This document shows positions 57,495 to 64,000 of a stretch of 64,000 nucleotides of DNA, in pieces. The DNA is taken from contig CBDFIQ010000002.1 in assembly GCA_965248195.1 (NCBI GenBank), positions 992,001 through 1,056,000 on the forward strand, read 5' to 3'. The notes under the pieces were generated by a model. The model was not told where the DNA came from. It saw only the letters and a program-made list of their open reading frames with translations, and searched no databases. This stretch comes from Longimicrobiales bacterium (GTDB taxonomy: Bacteria > Gemmatimonadota > Gemmatimonadetes > Longimicrobiales > Gaopeijiaceae). The translations under genes were made by a program, and so were the position numbers. The first letter of the stretch is position 1, and every line of letters begins with the position of its first letter.

Positions 57495-58127
57495 ATGAGT
57501 TGGAACCTCAATGATCTACAGGATCGGGTATACCCGATCATTGACCCCGTCACCCACTGGCTGGTGCGGCGAGGGGTACATCCGAATCTTATTACCACGA
57601 GTGGTTTCGCCGTCACCATCCTGGCTGGTTTGATGTATGGCATCGACCATGTGCGCACCGCCGGGTTCTTGGTTCTTCTGGGTGGAGCCCACGATATCTT
57701 CGACGGTCGAGTGGCCCGGCTCAGTGGTCTTCAGTCAAAGTTTGGCGCCTTCTATGATTCCGTGCTCGACCGGATCAGCGAGGTCACGATTTACATCGGG
57801 CTCATCTCGCTCTACAACCAATATGAGATGTCGCTTCTGAACATCGGCATGATCTACATGATCGCCCTGGCCATGGCCGGCTCCCTCATGATCAGTTATT
57901 CCCGTGCGAGAGCGGAAACGCTCGGACTGGACTGCTCCGTTGGCCTGATGCAAAGAGCCGAGCGGATTGTCCTTCTCGGGCTGGGGTCCCTGATCTTCGG
58001 GCTGAGCTGGGATGGTCTTGTGCTCAGCGGCATCATCGTGATTTTTGCCGTCCTCACCAATACGACCGCAATCCATCGGATTGTTTGGGTCCATCGGCAA
58101 GCGGCCGGTGTACCGCTCGACGAGTAG
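57495..58127 (+). CDS. CDP-alcohol phosphotransferase, PIP-synthase-like
   Basis: PNLIT, DIFDGRVAR-x7-GAFYDSVLDR, SYSRARAE, RAER. Confidence 0.9.
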   Translation: MSWNLNDLQDRVYPIIDPVTHWLVRRGVHPNLITTSGFAVTILAGLMYGIDHVRTAGFLVLLGGAHDIFDGRVARLSGLQSKFGAFYDSVLDRISEVTIYIGLISLYNQYEMSLLNIGMIYMIALAMAGSLMISYSRARAETLGLDCSVGLMQRAERIVLLGLGSLIFGLSWDGLVLSGIIVIFAVLTNTTAIHRIVWVHRQAAGVPLDE

Positions 58128-58341
58128 AAAGACCGGGCGCGCTTGATCTTGCGAAGTGATGGCTGTCGTCGAGGGAACATCACTGGGTCGCGAACCATAC
58201 TATAGGGTATGGAGGGTCGGCGATGACCCCGTGGACGCTACGAGGGGAGGTGGCTGGCGACGAGTCCCAAGACGTGACCGCAGGCGGTGGGCTGAACTGG
58301 CGTAGGGTGAATGACCGTGGGATAACTCGAGCATCGACTAG

Positions 58342-58662
58342 AAGGCCTGTTGAAGGAGTACAGCGGGTCGCGCACAGGGCGCTTGTGCGCGTTCAGACAA
58401 GGAACGACGACGAGGCGTAGCAACGCTACGGCGAGGAGGAGAGACGCAGGATCAACCGCACAACCGCCCTGTGCCCACGACCATGAGGGGCATGACCTTA
58501 CACGTTGAAGGGTTGCGGTGGCACGACCCCGACCACGCTGCGCGTGGTGCCCCCGTTGTTGGAGTTCCTAGCCGTAGCGAATGCTATGGCGTCGTCGCTC
58601 CGCCTAGGAGCTGGGGCCGTGGCATCCGCAACGCGGCCCACTGTACTCCTTCAACAGGCCTT
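58342..58662. mobile_element. MITE-like non-autonomous element (321 bp)
   Basis: Perfect 22-bp terminal IR AAGGCCTGTTGAAGGAGTACAG (58342-58363 / 58641-58662), imperfect subterminal IRs, no convincing ORF; no clear TSD. Confidence 0.75.
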
Positions 58663-58688
58663 TAATGATCGACCAAGGAGATACGACT

Positions 58689-60002
58689 GTGAACGAACGT
58701 CCTGAGATTCGCCCGGCAGAGGGACGACTCGGTGTGTTGCTGCCCGGCATGGGCGCCGTCGCCACCACGACCATCGCGGGGGTGCTGCTTGCGCGGAAGG
58801 GGTTGGCCACGCCCATCGGGAGTCTCACGCAGATGAACACGATTCGTCTAGGTCAGCGTACCGAAAACCTCACGCCGCTCATCAAGGACTTCATCGCATT
58901 GGCGGAGCTGAACGACATCGTATTCGGCGGCTGGGATCCGATCCCGGACAACGCCTACGAGAGTGCCGTGAACGCCGGTGTGCTGAGCGCAAGACACCTC
59001 GATCCGATCAGAGAGGAGCTGTCTGCCATCGCCCCCATGTCGGCCGCGTTCGACACGGAGTACGTGACGCGTCTGGACGGTCCCAACAAGAAAACCGGGG
59101 CCAACAAACGGGAAATCGCGGATGCGCTCCGCGAGGATATCCGAAACTTCAAGGCGGAGAACGATTGCGACCGCCTCGTCATGGTCTGGTGCGGTTCCAC
59201 GGAGATATTCCTCCGGGCGGGACCGGCCCATGAGACCGTGGAGTCTTTCGAAAACGCCATGGAGCAGAATGATCCCTCGATCGCGCCGAGCATGCTCTAC
59301 GCTTACGCCGCATTGATGGAGGGTGTCCCGTACGCCAACGGAGCCCCCAATCTCTCCGCCGACTTCCCGGCGTTCGAGGACTATGCCAAGGAGAACGGCC
59401 TTCCCATCTGCGGGAAGGACTTCAAGACCGGCCAGACACTGATGAAGACCATCCTAGCCCCCGGGTTCAAGGCTCGCATGCTGGGCATCAACGGCTGGTT
59501 CAGCACGAACATCCTCGGCAACCGTGACGGTGCCGTGCTCGATGATCCGGCTAGCTTCAAGACCAAGGAAGAGTCGAAGCTGGGCGTGATCGATCACATT
59601 CTTCAGCCGGACCTCTACCCGGAGCTGTATGGGGACATCTATCACAAGGTCCGGATCAACTACTACCCGCCACGCGGAGACGACAAGGAGGGATGGGACA
59701 ACATCGACATCTTCGGGTGGCTGGGATACAAGATGCAGATCAAGGTGGATTTTTTATGCAAGGACTCCATCCTCGCTGCCCCGATCGTGCTCGATTTGGC
59801 CCTGTTCATGGACCTTGCGGGCCGCGCCGGCTTGGGGGGAATTCAAGAGTGGCTTTCGTTCTACTTCAAGAGTCCACAGTGTGCTCCGGGTCTCTATCCC
59901 GAGCACGATCTCTTCATCCAGAGCTGGAAGCTCAAGAACACGCTCCGGTGGCTCGCCGGGGAGGAGCAGATCACTCATTTGGGCCGTGAGTATTACGATT
60001 AG
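58689..60002 (+). CDS. ino1: Myo-inositol-1-phosphate synthase
   Basis: GTG after AAGGAG; GAVATT, FGGWD, NGAP, GKDFKTGQT, NILGNRDG, DSILAAP. Confidence 0.95.
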   Translation: MNERPEIRPAEGRLGVLLPGMGAVATTTIAGVLLARKGLATPIGSLTQMNTIRLGQRTENLTPLIKDFIALAELNDIVFGGWDPIPDNAYESAVNAGVLSARHLDPIREELSAIAPMSAAFDTEYVTRLDGPNKKTGANKREIADALREDIRNFKAENDCDRLVMVWCGSTEIFLRAGPAHETVESFENAMEQNDPSIAPSMLYAYAALMEGVPYANGAPNLSADFPAFEDYAKENGLPICGKDFKTGQTLMKTILAPGFKARMLGINGWFSTNILGNRDGAVLDDPASFKTKEESKLGVIDHILQPDLYPELYGDIYHKVRINYYPPRGDDKEGWDNIDIFGWLGYKMQIKVDFLCKDSILAAPIVLDLALFMDLAGRAGLGGIQEWLSFYFKSPQCAPGLYPEHDLFIQSWKLKNTLRWLAGEEQITHLGREYYD

Positions 60003-60014
60003 AGGTAATGGCGG

Positions 60015-60686
60015 GTGACCGAACAACCGGAAGGGGAGTCGAACCGGGGCCGGTTCGTGGTGCTGGAGGGTGTCGAAGGCGCAGGCAAGAGCACCCAAGC
60101 CCGGATGTTGGGGGAATGGATGGAGGCTTGCGGAATCCCTTTCACGCTGGCTCGAGAGCCAGGCGGCACCGAGGTGGGAGAGGCGATCCGGAAGGTGGTC
60201 CAGGACCGGCCTGAACTATCGATTCCGGCCGAGACCGAGCTCCTGCTCTACCTGGCCGCGCGCACGGCGTTCGTAAAGGACGTCGCTTTGCCGGTCCTCG
60301 AACGGGGCGAGCTCCTGATCGCGGACCGTTTTTCCTTGTCGACCTATGCCTATCAAGGATACGGGCGGGGACTCGACCTCGACGAGGTTCGCAGGATGGA
60401 CCGATTCGCCTCCGGCGGACTGGCGCCCGATATTTATCTGGTGCTCGATTTGCCGATAAAGGAGGGCAGGGCCCGGCAGAAGGCGGCCGGAAAGCCAGAG
60501 GATCGCCTCGAGGGCTCCGGTGAGGCGTTTCTGGAGGCCGTCGGGAAGGGATATCGCGAACTTGCGGGTGCGGACGAGAGCGTCCGGCTGGTGGACGCTC
60601 TCGGAACGCCACTTGAAGTGCACACTAGAGTGCGTGAGATCTTGCGACGAAATTTGCCGGAAACTTTCGCCATCTGTGAGGATTAG
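60015..60686 (+). CDS. tmk: Thymidylate kinase
   Basis: EGVEGAGKSTQ, REPGGT, DRF, AYQG. Confidence 0.96.
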   Translation: MTEQPEGESNRGRFVVLEGVEGAGKSTQARMLGEWMEACGIPFTLAREPGGTEVGEAIRKVVQDRPELSIPAETELLLYLAARTAFVKDVALPVLERGELLIADRFSLSTYAYQGYGRGLDLDEVRRMDRFASGGLAPDIYLVLDLPIKEGRARQKAAGKPEDRLEGSGEAFLEAVGKGYRELAGADESVRLVDALGTPLEVHTRVREILRRNLPETFAICED

Positions 60687-60739
60687 TTCTTTTCAAGGGT
60701 GCGCCGGATGCAGCAGCGGACGATGACACGGATAGAGCG

Positions 60740-62440
60740 ATGTCCGAAAACGATGCCATGAGGGATACTCGATCGGCTTGGGGGCCGCCCGTCGTGCTTG
60801 TGGTCGCTCTCATCACCGGCGGTTGGTTTCTCCAACGCGGGGTTGAGCAGGAGGCCAACGTTTATCTCCAGGCAAGGCTATTTCAGGAAGTCCTGGACCA
60901 CGTCACGGAACGGTACGTCGATCCGGTCGACCGATCCGGGCTCATCGGATCGGCTATCGAGGGCGTTCTCGAAGAGTTGAATGACCCCCACACCTCCTTT
61001 ATCGACGCCGAAACGTGGGATGGCTTCCGGTTCCGGAGCGGGGCGGACGCCGACTACGGAGGCGTCGGTCTCGAGATCCAGAATCGCGACGGGTGGGTGA
61101 CCGTGATCACGCCGCTCCCCGGGGGACCCGCGTTACGGGCCGGGATACGAGCCGGTGACCGGATCATAGAGGTGGAGGGCGCATCGGCCGAGGATTGGGA
61201 GACCGACCAAGCAGCGAGTCTACTGCGGGGGAGTCCCGAGACCGACGTGAGTCTACTCATCGATCGGCCGGGGGTGGACGAGCCGATTCCGTTCACGTTG
61301 ACCCGTGCAGTTATCGAGCTCCTTTCCGTTCCATTTGCCACCGTGGTGGACGAGGGTGTGGCCTACATCCCGCTCCAGGTTTTCAGTGAGACGTCGGGCG
61401 ATGAGGTGCGCGGGGCGATCGAGCGTCTCCAGGAAGAAGGAATGACGTCCCTGATATTGGATCTGAGGGGCAACCCCGGGGGGCTCCTCGAGGAGGGTGT
61501 GGGTGTAGCCGACCTTTTCCTCACCAACGGAGCTCCGATCCTGGAGACCCGTGGGCGAGCGTCGGGGCAGAACCAGAACTTCGGTGCGGTGAATCCGGAG
61601 ATGGTTCCCGGGCTTCCGGTGGTCGTTCTGGTGAACGAGAGCAGCGCGAGTGCCTCGGAGATCGTTGCCGGCGCGCTCCAGGACCACGACCGCGCCCTCG
61701 TATTGGGGACCCGGACGTATGGAAAGGGTTCGGTACAGACGCTGTACCGGCTCAGCGGCGGGAACATCCTCAGGCTTACGACGGCGCGCTGGTACACTCC
61801 AGTGGGACGATCCATTCAGATCGTCCGCGATGAGCAGGCGGAGGACGCTGCGGGCCAGAGCTCGGCGTTGGGACTGGGCGGGGAGCGGGTCCTCAAAGCT
61901 ACTCCGGAAGAGGGGCCGACCGTGGAGTCCTTTGGCGGGCGTACGCTATATGGCGGGGGGGGCATCACACCCGATCTCGTAGTGCTGCCCGACACTCTGT
62001 CGGCGCGTGAGCAAGGGGCGGTCCAGCGCCTCTTCCGCTCGGCGGGCGCATTCGCCACTGCGGCGTTCAACCACGCCGTCTCTTATGTACAGGATCACCC
62101 CGATCTGGCCACCGGGTTCGCTCTTACTCCGGCGGATCTGGATCGGTTCTATCGGACTCTCATCGATGAGCACGAGATCGTGCTCGACGAATCCGACTTC
62201 GTGACCGCGGTACGCTTCGTGACGCTTCGACTCGAACGTCAGATTGCTCTCCAGGCATGGGGTGAAGAGGGGGCTTTTCAGCACACCCGCACAGGCGACA
62301 GACAGCTCGACGATGCGATCGAGATCTTGAAGCAAGCGGATACGCCCGAGGCTCTTTTCACTTTGGCTGCCGCCGCGAACCCGATCGAGACCGCGACGGG
62401 TGCGGGTGCATCCGCGCCTGGCGCCTCGGGCCCGAACTGA
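60740..62440 (+). CDS. ctpA: S41 carboxyl-terminal processing protease
   Basis: DPH, PDZ domain, DLRGNPGG, SASASEI, GKGSVQ. Confidence 0.93.
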   Translation: MSENDAMRDTRSAWGPPVVLVVALITGGWFLQRGVEQEANVYLQARLFQEVLDHVTERYVDPVDRSGLIGSAIEGVLEELNDPHTSFIDAETWDGFRFRSGADADYGGVGLEIQNRDGWVTVITPLPGGPALRAGIRAGDRIIEVEGASAEDWETDQAASLLRGSPETDVSLLIDRPGVDEPIPFTLTRAVIELLSVPFATVVDEGVAYIPLQVFSETSGDEVRGAIERLQEEGMTSLILDLRGNPGGLLEEGVGVADLFLTNGAPILETRGRASGQNQNFGAVNPEMVPGLPVVVLVNESSASASEIVAGALQDHDRALVLGTRTYGKGSVQTLYRLSGGNILRLTTARWYTPVGRSIQIVRDEQAEDAAGQSSALGLGGERVLKATPEEGPTVESFGGRTLYGGGGITPDLVVLPDTLSAREQGAVQRLFRSAGAFATAAFNHAVSYVQDHPDLATGFALTPADLDRFYRTLIDEHEIVLDESDFVTAVRFVTLRLERQIALQAWGEEGAFQHTRTGDRQLDDAIEILKQADTPEALFTLAAAANPIETATGAGASAPGASGPN

Positions 62441-62524
62441 CCCGAGGAACCCTTCGGGTGCCCCGGCGCATCCGGTAGTATAGGCGAATCCGGAAGTGTA
62501 CCCTGACGTCCGAGAGGTCCGGCG

Positions 62525-63508
62525 ATGAGCCGTGTGGTCGTCGAGCGAGCGGGTTTGTTGGAGTCGGCCCACCGAGTGCATGTCGCGGTCGTGGACTCCG
62601 AGGGGTGCCTTACGGCCAGCGTGGGAGACGCCGAGCGGGTCGTCTTCCATCGGTCTGCCGCCAAACCGTTTCAGGCCGTCCCCCTGGTCGACGATGAGGT
62701 GGCCGACCAGTTCGCTCTGACTACGGAGGAGTTGGCGTTGTGTTGCGCCTCCCACAACGGTGAACCGGAGCACGAGGCCTTGGCCCGGTCGATCCTGTCG
62801 AAGGCGGGCCTCGATGAAAGTGACCTGGAATGCGGTCCGCATCTTCCCCTCGACCGTAGGACGGCCGAGGCACTCCTTCGGGCGGGCGGGTCTCCTACCT
62901 CGATCCACAACAACTGCTCGGGAAAACATGCCGGGATGTTGGCGTTGGCTGTTGCCCATGGATGGCCGACCCGGGGGTATATCCGTAGGGACCACCCTGT
63001 TCAGGTGCGCATGGTAGCGGAAATGGGTCGATGGACGAGTCTCCAAGAGGGCGAAATCGGGCTAGGACGGGATGGCTGCGGGGTCGTCGCGTTCGCCACA
63101 CCGCTCGCTCGGTTGGCGGGCGGCTTCGCCAGCCTCGGCGGGGCCGACGGACCCCCCAGGCGAATCGTGTCGGCCATGTGCGCTCACCCCTTCTTGGTCG
63201 CCGGGACCGGACGCTTTGGAACCGCCCTTGGCTGCGCGGCAGGCGAGCGTCTCTTCGGAAAGACGGGGGCAGAGGGTGTGTTTGCTGTGGGCGCCACCGA
63301 CGGAAGCTTTGGGATCGCCGTCAAGGTGGAGGACGGTGGACAGCGGGCGACTCCGGTGGCGGTCCTGCACGTGCTCGACCGATTGGGAGTGCTCGATGGA
63401 ATGGAAAGTGAATCCTTGAACGCGTTTCGACGCCCCATTGTCAAGAATACTCTCGGCGAGGACGTGGGGGTCATGCGAGCCGATTTTCGGCTGGAAGGGC
63501 TCGCGTGA
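62525..63508 (+). CDS. Asparaginase_II family (Rhizobium-type) L-asparaginase
   Basis: RSAAKPFQA, ASHNGE, HNNCSGKH, DGCG, KTGAEG, KVEDG. Confidence 0.92.
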   Translation: MSRVVVERAGLLESAHRVHVAVVDSEGCLTASVGDAERVVFHRSAAKPFQAVPLVDDEVADQFALTTEELALCCASHNGEPEHEALARSILSKAGLDESDLECGPHLPLDRRTAEALLRAGGSPTSIHNNCSGKHAGMLALAVAHGWPTRGYIRRDHPVQVRMVAEMGRWTSLQEGEIGLGRDGCGVVAFATPLARLAGGFASLGGADGPPRRIVSAMCAHPFLVAGTGRFGTALGCAAGERLFGKTGAEGVFAVGATDGSFGIAVKVEDGGQRATPVAVLHVLDRLGVLDGMESESLNAFRRPIVKNTLGEDVGVMRADFRLEGLA

Positions 63509-63563
63509 CCGACGGTGGCCGTGACGTGTGCGGAGCAGTGTACTCGGCGCATTACGAGCGATG

Positions 63564-64000
63564 ATGTTCGTCGATCGTGTGATCATCGATGTCTACGGAG
63601 GAGCGGGGGGCGCGGGCTCTGAAGCCTATCGGAGGGAGAAGGGCGTGCCGCGGGGCGGCCCCGCCGGGGGCGACGGCGGAAAGGGTGGAAGCGTGGTCAT
63701 GGTTGCCGACGCCCAACTCTCGACCCTTCTGGACCTCCGCTACCGGCAGCATCACCGGGCCCAGCGCGGCCTCCATGGCTCGGGGAAGAACAAGACCGGC
63801 AAAAGCGGGGACGACCTGATCATTCCCGTACCCCCGGGTACCGTGATCAAGGACGCCGATACGGAGGTCGTTCTCGGAGAATTACTCGAGCCCGGCGACC
63901 GTATGGTGGTCGCCCAGGGGGGTCGAGGCGGACGTGGGAACGTGCACTTCGTGACATCCACGAATCAGACCCCGATCCGGTGGGAGCCCGGGTGGCCTGG
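63564..64000 (+). CDS. obgE: GTPase ObgE, 3'-truncated by window edge
   Basis: Own translation: MFVDRV...RREKGVPRGGPAGGDGGKGG...VPPGT...GGRGGRGN; absent from the ORF track because there is no stop. Confidence 0.95.
   Translation, partial: MFVDRVIIDVYGGAGGAGSEAYRREKGVPRGGPAGGDGGKGGSVVMVADAQLSTLLDLRYRQHHRAQRGLHGSGKNKTGKSGDDLIIPVPPGTVIKDADTEVVLGELLEPGDRMVVAQGGRGGRGNVHFVTSTNQTPIRWEPGWP

Noticed and set aside
58223..58705. Small ORFs upstream of ino1
   Set aside because: They lie in or across the MITE and show no protein-like features.

Overview
GC-rich bacterial chromosome segment, almost entirely housekeeping and cell-envelope genes on the + strand. Gene content and order suggest a diderm, possibly Gemmatimonadota; this is an inference, not a search result. 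Order: NDP-sugar epimerase (partial), OM beta-barrel, a complete IS256 with 8-bp TSD, two TPR proteins, bamD, nadD, secA, radC, rel, uvrB, tsaE-tsaB-rimI, an OmpA-domain chimera, ccsA-hemA, epimerase, tolQRAB-pal-cpoB, nrdR, tatC-lptD, formiminotransferase, polyprenyl synthase, tatA, ppiD-like, aroQ-efp-accBC-comB-ftsK-lolA-rimO-hemL, a DUF4105/Lnb-like gene coupled to lnt, rpmE-prfA-prmC, YlbF-like, CDP-alcohol phosphotransferase, a MITE, ino1, tmk, ctpA, asparaginase II and obgE (partial). No rRNA, tRNA or CRISPR array was seen. Most notable: (1) two unrelated candidate lipoprotein N-acyltransferases (Lnb-like and Lnt) in tandem; (2) a PIP-synthase-like gene with ino1, suggesting inositol phospholipids; (3) a secreted protein carrying a ~76%-identical copy of the local Pal domain; (4) twin long hairpins with different stems but a shared inverted core between secA and radC; (5) a 321-bp MITE; (6) several apparently leaderless genes. 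All assignments are by eye, without database searches.
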